NCBI GenBank assembly: GCA_963514005.1 | Contig: OY740784.1 | Coordinates: 93,992,001 to 94,056,000 of the forward strand | DNA from: Raja brachyura | Taxonomy: Eukaryota | DNA: 64,000 nt | Reading direction: 5' to 3' | Part shown: piece after piece, positions 12,982-24,700 of the stretch | How the letters are laid out: every line of letters starts with the position of its first letter | Numbering within the stretch: position 1 is the first letter of the stretch | Notes under the pieces: model-generated | The model's input: the letters and a program-made list of their open reading frames with translations, nothing else | Databases searched by the model: none | Told to the model about the DNA's origin: nothing | Made by a program: the position numbers and the translations under genes

Positions 12982-13148
12982 CTGTGCTGCTTGAACTGAA
13001 TTGAAGAGTTGGTCTGCACTGTGCTGCTTGAACTGAATTTAAGGGTTGGTCTGCACTGTGCTGCTTGAACTGAATTGAAGGGTTGGTCTGCACCGTGCTG
13101 CTTGAACTGAATTGAAGGGTTGGTCTGCACTGTGCTGCTTGAACTGAA
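12982..13148. repeat. 37-bp tandem repeat, ~4.5 copies, inside Helitron
   Basis: Unit GTGCTGCTTGAACTGAATTGAAGGGTTGGTCTGCACT. Confidence 0.9.
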
Positions 13149-13254
13149 CGTTGCGCTCATTCCAGAAGTCCCGCTCACTGCGGAAGTACCGCTCAGGGGA
13201 GAGGCTGCGCTCAACTGCGTGAGTAGATTCAAAAGAGTTTTACTGTCATTATAT

Positions 13255-13820
13255 ATGTTGTGTGTGAATATGTAAGATTGTGTGATGGATGGTGTGAGTG
13301 TGTGTGTGAGAGATGATGTGCGTGTGAGATGGTGGGTGTATGTGTGTGTGAGATGGAGGGTGTGTATGTGAGTTTGAGATGGCAGGTGTGAGTGTGTGTG
13401 AGATGGAGTGTGTGTGCCTGTGTGTGTGTGAGATGGCGGGTGTGTGTGTGAGCCCTTTAGCCATGAGTGAGTCTTCTGCCAGCCCACCAGCCGTGAGTGA
13501 GTCGGCTGCCAGCCCGCCAGCCATGAGTGAGTCTGCTGCCAGCCCGTCAGCCATGAGTGAGTCGGCTGCCAGCCACCAGCCGTGAGTGACAGAGCTGCCA
13601 GCCCACCAGGCCTGAGTGACAGCTGCCAGTCCACCAGTCTTGAGTGACTGAGCTACCAGCCCACCAGACCTGAGAGATTGAGCTGCCAGCCCACCAGGCT
13701 TGAGCTGCCAGCCCACCAGGCCCGAGCTGCCAGACCACCAGGCTCGAGTGACTGAGCTGCTAGACCACCAGGCTCGAGTGACTGAGCTGCCAGCCCACCA
13801 GGCCTGAGCTGCCAGCCCAA
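13255..13820. repeat. TG-rich microsatellite followed by ~30-bp GCTGCCAGCCCACCAG minisatellite
   Basis: Directly visible tandem units. Confidence 0.85.
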
Positions 13821-14031
13821 GAATCCATTCGGTCCACAATGTCCATACTAGCCCTCTGGAAACCAGTCCCTTCGGCCCAAAACTCCCATACTAGCGCTCC
13901 AGAAAGCCCCCCCCCCCCCCCCCCCCCCCCACTGGCCACCAATATTGGAATTGGTGGAGAGGTGGAATATTGCATTGGGGGACCAGCCCTCCCGTGTGAA
14001 CATGGGACCCAACGGGTTGCACTTAGTCTAG

Positions 14032-14430
14032 CTACATTAATATTATTCATTCGCTCCTTTTCCCCCAACCCCGCCCTATCCACTCACGTATAGTCCCCAA
14101 CTGCACAGGCACAGCTAGAGAGGTAGGGTGGTAGAGAGGGAGGGTGAGGGGGTGGAGAGGGAGGGTGAGGGTATAGAGAGGGAGGGTGAGGCGATAGAGA
14201 GGGAGTGGGTAAGGGGAGTAGAGAGGAAGGTGAGTAGAGATTAAGGGGTGGAGGGGGGGGGTGTGTGGCGTCACAGGGCAGGGCTGGTCCCCGAACGCAA
14301 TACTCCACCACTCACGCATAGGTCCCAATACTCACCACTCCCTACAGAAGGGGGGGGGGGGAGGGGGGGAGGTAGAGAAGGAGTGGTGGCAGTGAGGGAG
14401 GAAGGGAGGGGGGAAGGGCAGAGAGACATG
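14032..14430. repeat. Continuation of an outer repeat that starts at ~6032-6151, with GA/G-rich low complexity
   Basis: The two flanks join as ..CCCCCCTTGATA|CTACATTAATATTATTC. The outer element begins ACTAG at 6032, a minus-strand CTAG end. Confidence 0.45.
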
Positions 14431-16339
14431 AAGTTAGATAGCTCAGTAAATAATCTGAACAGGAGCTGTAAATTGCATAGTGACATTGATAGATTAAATG
14501 AGTGAGCATATTTGTATTAGATGGAATTCAAAATGAGAAAACACTATGAGAAGGAATTCTACACATTTTTTTTAGGGCCTAGAGATTTCTACACATTTTT
14601 TTTAGGCCATCATCTTCTTGGCCCCTCAAAAGAAAGTAAAATCTTACTTATCAAATCCAGTTTCTCTTCTAACATGCTTCAATCTGCTGGGAAAGCTGCA
14701 CTGACTTTGTTCAGTCCTGAGTTAAAGTGTGATTCGGGATTCCTGAGTTAAAGTGCGATTCGGGAACCTTATACACAGCAGTCCTTATTTTTTGCCCCTC
14801 CCGTCCAGGAGAAAGTGGCAATGAGATTCACTGTTAAAACTACTTTGGCTGCTTTGGGAAGCCTGCTGTTAACTTAAATCATTCTTCAGCCATCGTAAAG
14901 ACTGCCAAAGGGTTGAGATGACTTTTGTGACTTTGTAAAAACTCTGAATGTTCCTGCTATATTATTGTGACATTTACCATTAGGCCCAGAAATTCATATG
15001 CGCCATACCTAAAAGAATTGGCATCAATCGGATAAATATTGTATTAACGTGCTATTAACGAATTTTGCGTATACTTCTGTGTGAGTTAATACCAGTTGTT
15101 ATTAAGATATGGACTTCCTTGTTTATGAATTTTATTTATGCTGCCACTGACTTTCTGGTGTCAAGCTGACCCAATTGATGTTAACAGTCATGATATGCCA
15201 ATAATTTGTTTCCGGTGAGATTTTCAATTACATTTCTCTGAATCATAACTGGCACTGTTCACTGGTAGAAGAATTGGTTTTAAATAACACCAAAGACTCA
15301 AAGCGAACATATGTGCAACACAAAAGACATTTAAAGATTCGGACACAGTCCTTCTGTAGTCATTGTCTGAATCCTATACAGGTTTGTGTGAAGCAAACCT
15401 CAAGTAAACTAACCCAAACTGAATCAACAGTTCACAGCAACTGGTTTATGTAGTGTCTGTCTCAAAATTGGCCTGAAATGTTGCAAGAAGATCTACAAAA
15501 TCATAAGTGCTTCAATGTTCATCAGATCAGTAATGATTACAAAAATGGAGAAAGACTCATGGTGGAAGGTTGTTGGGAAGATGTCCATAAGGGCATAAAT
15601 GCAAGTGCCTTTTGGAGTCTTGTGCTGCACCAAACTATCCCTAATATTGTGAATGCAAACGTCATGTTCATCAAAGACCTCAGAATTCCCACATTGACGT
15701 GGGAACTTTTCTATCTGTGAACAGTAATGTGAAAAATGTGGCCTACCTCACAAAGACAACCTATTTGAATCCTGAGGCAAGGTTCTGAATAGTGAGAGTG
15801 ATATTGATTTAAAAGCAAAACAAATCTGTGTTGCTTAGACTTTTGTATTGACGACAATGGCTTCGGCTGACTTTGCAGAATTTATTTGGAGTACAACCTT
15901 GTTTCCCGACAGAAGATCACATCTGCATTCTTGGCCTTCACTTCCAAAATCTCAAGTGCAGCTTGAAGATTCTTTGAGTCCCACTGTCTCAAGTTGGGCC
16001 ATTCTTGAGTGCCTTCCTGGATTGAAAGGGCGCCAGGTTACTTGACAGTCTTTGCATAGCTGCAATACATCAGCATTTTAAGAGCATTAAATGGCTTTAG
16101 GTATTGTAGGCTTACTCCTGGGCATTCACATCTTTGAGCTCTTGCTCAGTTATGCAACTACTGAACACTGTAGTTTGTGCTGACTGCATGGGGCAATAAA
16201 GCAAATGAGTAACAACATAAAGTAGGTGTGGAGCCTCCAAGAAAAGAAAGGTTGTGCTACTGGAGCACATTTCATGGCCAAAATCACTGGGTGCTGATCC
16301 TTGATGTTGTTCATCCACCTATTTCTTGGGCTTTCCAGT

Positions 16340-16635
16340 TGTTCTCTCATGAACTCTGCATATTACTGTTGCCTCTAAGTCAGAAATTTATAAGTTCAAG
16401 TCCCAATTCAAAGCCTAAGCACAAGTACTGAGGCTCGATCAGCTATGGTGCAGATGCAGTGTTTCACCATTGGAAATACTATCTTTTGAATGAAATGTTG
16501 AATCGAGGCCCTATCTTGTTCTATGATATAAAAGGAGTGCAGATGAGTTACAAATTGCCTCTGGTTTCTTGGACCAGCATTAATGTTTCACTCCAGCCAT
16601 TAAAACATACTAATTGAGGATTTGTTGCAAAACTA
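16340..16635 (+). mobile_element. Ancient Deu-domain-type SINE (SacSINE1/AmnSINE-like), degraded
   Basis: tRNA-like head (AGTTCAAGTCCC) then ATCTTTTGAATGAAATGTTGAATCGAGGCCCTATCT, resembling the recalled Deu-SINE core. Confidence 0.5.
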
Positions 16636-17161
16636 TAGAAACATAGAAACATAGAAAATAGGTGCAGGAGTAGGCCATTCGGCCCTTCGAGCCTGCACCG
16701 CCATTCAATGTGATCATGGCTGATCATCCAACTCAGTATCCCGTACCTGCCTTCTCTCCATACCCCCTGATCCCTTTAGCCACAAGTGCCACATCTAACG
16801 CCCTCTTAAATATAGCCAATGAACTGGCCTCAACTACCTTCTGTGGCAGAGAATTCCAGAGACTCACCACTCTCTGTGTAAAGAATGTTTTCCTCATTTC
16901 GGTCCTAAAGGAATTCCCCCTTATCCTTAGACTGTGACCCCTTGTTCTGGACTCCCCCAACATCGGGAACAATCTTCCAGCATCTAGCTTGTCCAACCCC
17001 TTAAGAATTTTGTAGGTTTCTATAAGATCCCCCCTCAATCTTCTAAATTCCATCGAGTACAAACCGAGTCTATCCAATCTTTCCTCATATGAAAGTCCTG
17101 ACATCCCAGGAATCAGTCTGGTGAATCTTCTCTGTACCCCCTCTATGGCAAGGATGTACAT
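16636..17161 (-). mobile_element. CR1 LINE 3' end (ORF2 C-terminus and tail)
   Basis: IEGVQRRFTRLIPG..LGLYSMEFRRLRGDLIETYKI..TRGHSL..FFTQRVVSLWNSLP; (TTTCTATG)n tail. Confidence 0.95.
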
Positions 17162-17377
17162 AGATCAACATTTTTCGAGCAACCACAGCGTATTGCAAAG
17201 TGAAATCATTTTTGTAATATAGGAATATGGAAGACAATTTTCGTACAATAAGCAGGAAGATGATACACCACGGGATTTTCTCACTACATAAGTTGGTCCA
17301 TACCGCTAAGAACAGAGTAGGCTTTGGTTTAAAATCTCATATGAAAGCACAGCTCTCACAGTGCAGCCCTCCTTTAA

Positions 17378-17568
17378 TGGTAGACAAAAGTGCTGGTGAA
17401 ACTCAGCGGTTACGGCAGCCTGTCAGTCTGAAGATCAGTCTGAAGAAGGGTTTCGGCCCGAAATGTTGCCTATTTCCTTCGCACCATAGATGCTGCCGCA
17501 CCCGCTGAGTTTCTCCAGCACCTTTGTGTACCTTCGATTTTACAGCATCTGCAGTTCCTTCTTGAACA
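17378..17568 (+). mobile_element. Penelope pLTR fragment with inverted 5' copy and degenerate hammerhead core (17440-17467)
   Basis: CTGAAGAAGGGTTTCGGCCCGAAATGTT; 17379-17409 is an inverted copy of 17502-17532. Confidence 0.75.
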
Positions 17569-18571
17569 GGCCTCCTTCAATAATCTCAATAAAATGCAGG
17601 TCTAAATTTTCAGCACCTTTCAGAACTCCTGGATATCCCAATCTCTTTTGTACCATACTTAACACTAATCGAGAAATAAAAGCTGTTAAAATGTTGTGAA
17701 ATTTGCAAAGACCTTCTGTTGCATTTGTTTCAAGTGCTGCAATAAATGAATGAACAAAACTTTATAATCTCCTGTGCAATTGCCACAAATTGCCTATTAA
17801 TAAACCTCAAAGTACAGGGAATTAGTATTTAGGTGCTTTGTTGCTTTGCTAACTGAAAAATCAGTTGAGCAAATGAATAGGATGAAAGCACAACATTTGT
17901 ATCAAATCTTCTTGAGGAAATGGACCTTTGAGATCTGAATTTGAATTAAAAAAAAAGTTTTTTTTTCCTGTTCAAATGTAAGTTCTTGCAGTTACATTAG
18001 TGACATTTTTTGTTACAGTTATTAATATACTAGATTGCATTTATAGTCGAATATTCTTCAGCATAATCCATAATCTTTTCTCAGGAAAATGTGGGCTTAT
18101 GCCTCAGGCTTTCAAGTATTGAAAACCAAGCTCATCCTCACCAAACATAACCTGATAAACAAATTATCATTAAACGCTACATAAACACTCAATGTATTTT
18201 ATAGATTTTGCATCCCAACCATAAGAAGTGAAAAGATCTCTGGACTCTGCCTTTTGATAGATGGAAGTTTTATAGAGTCAAAGATCTATACAGTTGGAAA
18301 TGGGCCCTTCAGGCCAACTAGTCTCTGCTGGCTAAGGCTCCTACCTGTGGTAGTCCCATTACTCAGTGCTTGACCGTTACCTTTATTTTCTAACCATATA
18401 CCTACACAAGTGTCTTTAAAGTATTAGACTTCCTCTGGCAGTTTGTTATATATACAACTACCCTCTGTGTAAAAACTTGCCCCTCAATTCCCCTTTACTT
18501 AAACATGTCCTCTCTAGTTTTAGACTTTGGTATCCTGGAAAAAGGACTGTGTAACCATCCACCTTATCAAT

Positions 18572-18860
18572 TTAAGGATAAGGGGGAAGTCTTTTAGGAC
18601 CGAGCTGAGAAGATCTTTTTTCACACAGAGAGTGGTGAGTCTGTGGAATTCTCTGCCACAGAAGGTAGTTGAGGCCAGTTCATTGGCTATATTTAAGAGG
18701 GAGCTAGATGTGGCCCTTGTGGCTCAAGGGTTCAGGGGGTATGGAGAGAAGGCAGGTACAGGATACTGAGTTGGATGATCAGCCATGATCATATTGAATG
18801 GCGGTGCAGGCTTGAAGGGCCTATTCCTGCACCTATTTTCTATGATTCTATGATTCTATG
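18572..18860 (+). mobile_element. CR1 3' end fragment
   Basis: LRIRGKSFRTELRRSFFTQRVVSLWNSLP; (ATTCTATG)n tail. Confidence 0.93.
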
Positions 18861-18944
18861 CCCCTCAGAGTTTTATAAACATCTATAAGATTACCCCTTA
18901 GCCTCCTTCACTCCACATAAAAAAAGTCCCAGAATATCCCAGGT

Positions 18945-19207
18945 AGGCCAGCACAATGGCGCAACTGTGGGAATAGATATGGAGATTGCATGTTCTTTCT
19001 GTGACCACGTGGGTTTCCTCTGTGCATTCACATCCCAAAAACATGCTGGTCAGTAGCTTAATTGGCCTCTGTAACTTCTCCCCAGTGTGTTGGAAGTGGA
19101 CGAGAAAGTGGAATAACAGAACTAATGTGAATGGATTATCGATGGTCCGCGTGGACTAATTGGGTGCAAGGGCCTGTTTCCATTGCTGCATTTATCAATC
19201 AATCAAT
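18945..19207 (+). mobile_element. tRNA-derived V-SINE/HE1-type SINE, degraded
   Basis: GATTGCATGTTCTTTCTGTGACCACGTGGGTTTCCTC core, CR1-like 3' GGGCCTGTTTCC, (ATCA)n tail. Confidence 0.65.
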
Positions 19208-19499
19208 GATCTAGTCTCTCCTTATAACTCAAGCCCTCAAGTCCCAGTAACATCCTTTTGAATCGGTTCCATACCCTCACTAACCTGATCACACCCATCC
19301 CACAGCAAAGTAACCAGAACTGCACACAATTTCACAGTGATCCTGAACTGGAGTTAGATCACTAAAAGGTGTCAGGAGAAACATAACTTATGCTAAAGTG
19401 TGCAAACATTGGCAGCAGTGTGGTAACCACAGCAAGGAAAGACACCAAGCTTAACCTTCAACCCAATTGAGTTTGAACTTGAACCTTGAATAAATGATT

Positions 19500-19690
19500 T
19501 ATAATCCTGGATATGGAGAGCTCAGTTTATTTTCTTTCACAACACCAATGACAGCATTTCTTTCAGTGTAAGAACCCTTGCTGATGGACTGAAGAGTCAA
19601 ACCTGGTCATGTTTTCAAGTTGCTGGAGTCAGACATGAACTTATAATCATTTGGCACTGAAACAAGATTGCTGCCATTGAGTTAAGGCGA
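19500..19690 (-). mobile_element. Ancient tRNA-derived SINE fragment (Deu-type)
   Basis: Reverse-complement similarity to the head of 16340-16635. Confidence 0.4.
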
Positions 19691-20114
19691 ACACAATGAT
19701 TAATGTGTTGATCATTAATCATTACATGATTAATGCAGAATAGTTAAGTCATGATTTCCATACATTCAACCTGTCTGACATATGTTCATTATTAGCTACT
19801 TAATTCAGGTCATCATATGATGAAAGACAAAGTGCTATCCCCATATGATAGTTCCCCGCTCCCTGCATTTGGTCCCTCCCAGACTGGTCCACATTCACAC
19901 ACTTTGGCCAGTGCCATTCTACATGTTCTGACCTTGAAATAGAATGGTGAGTGTATTGAGTCCAGAGAGAGCCCACATACCACATGAGAGCTTCACTTTT
20001 TCTTCAAAAGACAAAGGTCTTGTGTTTCAAGCATTATACATGAACATGGCAATATTTTCCAAGGATGTTTTCTCAGTCAAATAATGTGAGTTTGTTGGAC
20101 ATCTGTGAAAAATA

Positions 20115-21275
20115 CAGTGCCCTCCATAATGTTTGGGACAAAGACACATCATTTATTTATTTGCCTCTGTACTCCACAATTTGAGATTTATAATAGAAGA
20201 AAATCACATGGTTAAAATGCATATTGTCAGATTTTAATAAAGGCCATTTTTATACGTTTTGGTTTCACTGTGCTATACACAGTCTCCCCATTTCAGGGCA
20301 CTGTAATGTTTGGGACACAGCAATGCCATGAAAATGAAAGTAGTCATGTTTAGTATTTTGCTGCATATCCTTTGCGTGCAATGACTGCTTGAATTCTGTG
20401 ATTAACGGACATCACCAGGCCTGTTTTGGTGCCATCTTTAGCTTATGCTTGTTTTGGGGGCTAGTCCCCTTCAGTTTTCTCTTCAGCATATAAAAGGCAT
20501 GCTCAATTGGGTTCAATTGATTGATGGCCACTCAAGAATTGACCATTTTTAGCTTTGAAAAACACCTTTATTGCTTTAGCAGTATGTTTGGGATCATTGT
20601 CTTGGCGTAGAATGAACCGCCGGCCAATTAGTTTTGAGGCATTTGTTTGAACTTGAGCAGATAGGATGTGTCTATACACTTCAGAATTCATTATGCTACA
20701 ACCATCAGCAGTTGTATCAGCAATGAAGATAAGTGAGCCAGTTCCTTCAGCAGCCAAAGCACCCCCAGGCCATAACAACCCCCCCCCCCACCCCCCAATG
20801 TTTTTCACAGATGAGGTGGTCTGCTTTGGATCTTGGGCAGTTCCTTCTCTCCTCCATACTTTGCTCTTGCCATCACTCTGATGTAAGTTAATCTTCGTCT
20901 CATCTGTCCACAAGTCTTTTTCATGAATTGTGGTTGCTTTTTTAAGTACTTGGCAAACTGTAACCTGGCCATCCTATTTTTGCAGCTAACCAGTGGTTTG
21001 CTTCTTGCAGCGTAGCCTCTGTATTTCTCTTCATGAATTCTTCTGCGGACAGTGGTCATTGACAAATCTACACCTGACTCCTGAAGAGTGTTTCTGATCT
21101 GTCAGTCAGGTGTTTGGGGATTTTTCTTTATTATAGAGAGAATTCTTCTGTTATCAGCTGTGGAGGTCTTCCTTGGCCTGCCAGTCCCTTTGCGATTAAT
21201 AAGCTCACCAGTGCTCTCTTTCTTCTTAATGATGTTCCAAACAGTTGATGACTGTTTGCATGACTTCTTTGCAAT
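20115..21275 (-). mobile_element. Tc1-family DNA transposon relic (IR/DR type), one end preserved
   Basis: TA|CAGTGCCCTCCATAATGTTTGGGACA terminus, with the ATGTTTGGGACA motif repeated near 20305. Transposase motifs STVWNIIKK..GRPRKT, WTDETKINL, QDNDPKHTA, LNPIEHA (DD34E type), frameshifted. The other end is lost at a CR1. Confidence 0.93.
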
Positions 21276-21277
21276 TA

Positions 21278-21568
21278 ACATAGAAACATAGAAAATAGGT
21301 GCAGGAGAGGCCATTCGGCCTTTCGAGCCAGCACCGCCATTCATTGTGATCATGGCTGATCGTCCCCTCTCAATAACCCATGCCTGCCTTCTACCCATAT
21401 CCCTTAATTCCACTAGCCCCTAGAGCTCTATCTAACTCTCTTTTAAATCCATCCAGTGATTTGGCCTCCACTGCCCTCTGGCAGGGAATTCCATAAATTT
21501 ACAACTCTCTGGGTGAAAAGGTTTTTCTCACCTCAGTCTTAAATGACCTCCCCTTTATTCTAAGATTG
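21278..21568 (-). mobile_element. CR1 3' end fragment
   Basis: TTTCTATG tail and the 3' UTR hairpin shared with other copies. Confidence 0.9.
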
Positions 21569-21773
21569 CATCAGTGTGCTAGTTCCAGGAAAGATCTTCT
21601 GATATATGCACGCCCAGGAATTTGAAGTAATTGACCCTCTCCACCATCTTCCAGTTGAAATAAACAGGATTGTGGGTGCTCATCCTTCCCCTACTAAAGT
21701 CCACAATCAGTTCCTTGGTCTGCTATTGTGCTGGCACCATTTGGTTAGTCGGTCGATCTCACTTCTATACTCT

Positions 21774-24700
21774 TTTTTTTTTGTTTAATTTCTTTTATTA
21801 GAAGTAATCGATTTACAATATTGTAAACAGTTTTGCAAACATCAACTTAATTCCAAAATTTTTTAAAATAACCCATTGAAAGTTATTATCTTCTATTTTT
21901 TAGGAAAAAAAGATAGAGATAGAGTAGTTTTAAATCAATAAGAGAGTGATTAAATAATAATTTGATTATATAAAAGAGAAAAAGAAAATAGAAAAAGAAA
22001 ATAAGGTTACCAGAAAAATAAAAAAATATTATATATATATATAAATGAAAAACAACCAAATATGTTTTATCTAAAACTATTACAAATAATAGTATCAATG
22101 AAGACATGCTTATTAATCCTAGTATAAGAATATGTTATTCTCATCAAGTACCGCAGGGTACCCGTCAAGCTGTGTTGTCAAGAGCAGCTACTTCTCCGGG
22201 TACTGTATATATGGAGACCATATTTGTTCGAAAGAATTATATTTGTCCAGTAGGACAAATCTGATTCTTTCCAATTGTAACGTCTCCAACATTTCTGCCG
22301 CCCACATTTTAATTGTGGGGGTTAAAGTTCCCTTCCAAAATTTCAATATTAATTTTTTCCCTATTATCAAACAGTAATCAAAGAAATTTCTTTGATTTAC
22401 TGTAAGGACCGAGTTTGAATCCAAAATTCCAAGTATTATTATCTTTGGGTCTGGATCCAATCTAATTTTAAGAACCTCAGAGATAACCTTAAAAATTTCT
22501 GTCCAGTAATGATTCAATTTGGAACATGTAGCAAAACTGTGTGTTAAATTTGCTTCTAAATTCTTACATTTATCACAAATTGCAGAGAGATTGGGAAAGA
22601 TACTATTTAATTTAGTTTTTGAGTAATGTAATCTATATAATACTTTAAATTGTATCAATGTATGTCTGGCATTTAACGAACACCGATGTATTTGCTGTAA
22701 ACTTTCTTCCCAGATTTCTTTTGTTATGGATAACCCAATTTCTTTTTCCCATGCTTGCCGATATGTTTCAGTTGTTGGTTTCTCCTTATCCAAAATTATG
22801 TTATATATATATGCTATTAATTTTTCTGTATTTGGATGTAAATTAAACACATCATCTAATAATCCTGGTACTTTATTTTTGTAATCTTGTGTGTTGGATT
22901 TTATATAATCTCTAATTTGTAAGTACCTAAACAAATGTTGCGGAGACAGTCCGTAAATCTCTTGTAACTCTTGAAATAAAAGAAATTTTCCTTTACTATA
23001 AAGGTGTTCTATCCTTTTAATTCCTAAATCATCCCAATGTCTAAACCCTCCATCCAATATAGAGGGTCTAAATAATGGGTTTTTCGTTATTGGTAGTCTG
23101 AGTGAAAGATTATCTAATTGTAAAGTCTTAACTATTTGTTTCCAAATACGTCTATTATTATAAATTATAGGGTTATCCCTATACATTTTTTTTTGTACTT
23201 CCTTTGGGGCAAAGAGAATCGAGCCTACCTTATAAGGTAAACAATCTTCCTTTTCCATCTTTAACCACATTGGTTCCTGATCCACATTTACCCACCAAAA
23301 ATTCATATTCTTAATCTGAACTGCCCAAAAGTAATATAAAAAATTTGGAAGTGCTAATCCTCCATTTATCTTAGATTTACATAAATGTTTTTTACTTATT
23401 CTATGATTTTTATAATCCCAAATAAAACTATAAATAATATTATCTATTTTTTTAAAAAAAGTCTTTGGGAGAAAAAAAGGAATAGCCTGAAACAAATATA
23501 ATAATTGTGGTAAAAACACCATCTTTATAGCATTTATTCTACCAATCATGGATATAGGAAGTGTTTTCCAATACAGAATATTTTTTTTAAGTTTATCTAA
23601 TAATAGAGGGTAATTAGATTTAATTAGCGAATTATAAGATTTAGTTACATTAATTCCTAAATATTTAAATTTGTCTTTAACTAATTTTAATGGATATTGT
23701 TGTAATATGTTTAAATTAATTCCTGTTATAGGCATAATATCACTTTTGTTCCAATTAATCCTAAATCCTGAAAATGTACCAAATTTAGTTATAACATTAA
23801 ACAGCTTTGGTATACTAATTTCCGGTTTTGTAATATAAATCAACACGTCATCTGCATATAAAGATATTTTGTTGGTTGTAGTGTCGGTATTATAGCCATA
23901 GATTTCAGGTTCAGATCTGATTCTTTCTGCCAAAGGCTCTATCATCAAAGCGAATAATAAAGGCGATAATGGACATCCCTGTCTACAACCCCTAAAGAGT
24001 TTAAATTTAGCTGATAACATTTGATTAGTTAAGATTCTTGCCGTTGGATTCGAATATAGAATTCTTATCCATTTACAGAATCTATCCCCCAATTGATACT
24101 TTTCCATTATATTAAATAAATATAACCATTCTACCTGATCGAATGCTTTTTCCGCATCTAGCGATATAACTGCTAGTTCCCCATCCCGTACTTTTTTTGA
24201 ATATATAATATTAAACAGGCGTCTAAGATTATGGGATGAATAGCGTTTTGGAATAAAACCTGTTTGATCATGATGTATTAATTTAGAAATCACTAAACTT
24301 AATCTCTGAGATAAAACTTTAGTTAATATTTTTTGGTCTGTATTCAGAAGTGCGATCGCTCTATATGATCCTGGATCTTCCAAATCCTTATCTACCTTAG
24401 GTATGAGTGTAATTGTGGATTCGTTTAAAGAGTCTGGTAATTTGCCTTGTTCATATGAGTATCTATATACTGTATGTAGTCTTGGGGAAATCAAGTCTTG
24501 AAATTTTTTATAAAATTCGGCACTCAGGCCATCAGGGCCTGCTGCTTTTCCATTCTTTAACAAACTAATTGCTTCTTCAATATCTTTTACTGTTATTTCA
24601 GCGTTTAACAAATGTCTACCTTCCTGATCTAGATTGTTAATTTGACACTCTTGTAGAAATGTATCCATACCAACTGTTTGGCCTGTTACCTTAGATGAAT

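Larger units (their letters stand above)
6152..14031 (+). mobile_element. Non-autonomous Helitron-like element, interrupted by an L1
   Basis: 5' TC..TATTACTAAAAGTCTCATCTTGACCACTTCC head shared with 29742 and 36001. 3' hairpin GGGACCCAACGGGTTGCAC then TTAGTCTAG. The body resumes at 12710 after the L1. Confidence 0.7.
18270..19340 (-). mobile_element. Old CR1 3' region, interrupted by a younger CR1 and a SINE
   Basis: Degraded minus-strand CR1 tail and body pieces at 18270-18570, 18860-18940 and 19210-19340. Confidence 0.6.

Noticed and set aside
12982-13148. 37-bp direct repeats as a CRISPR-like array
   Set aside because: No spacers; a tandem repeat inside a transposon.
12830-14505. Long ORFs (up to 230 aa) on both strands
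   Set aside because: They arise from stop-poor minisatellite and low-complexity DNA, with no domain signal.
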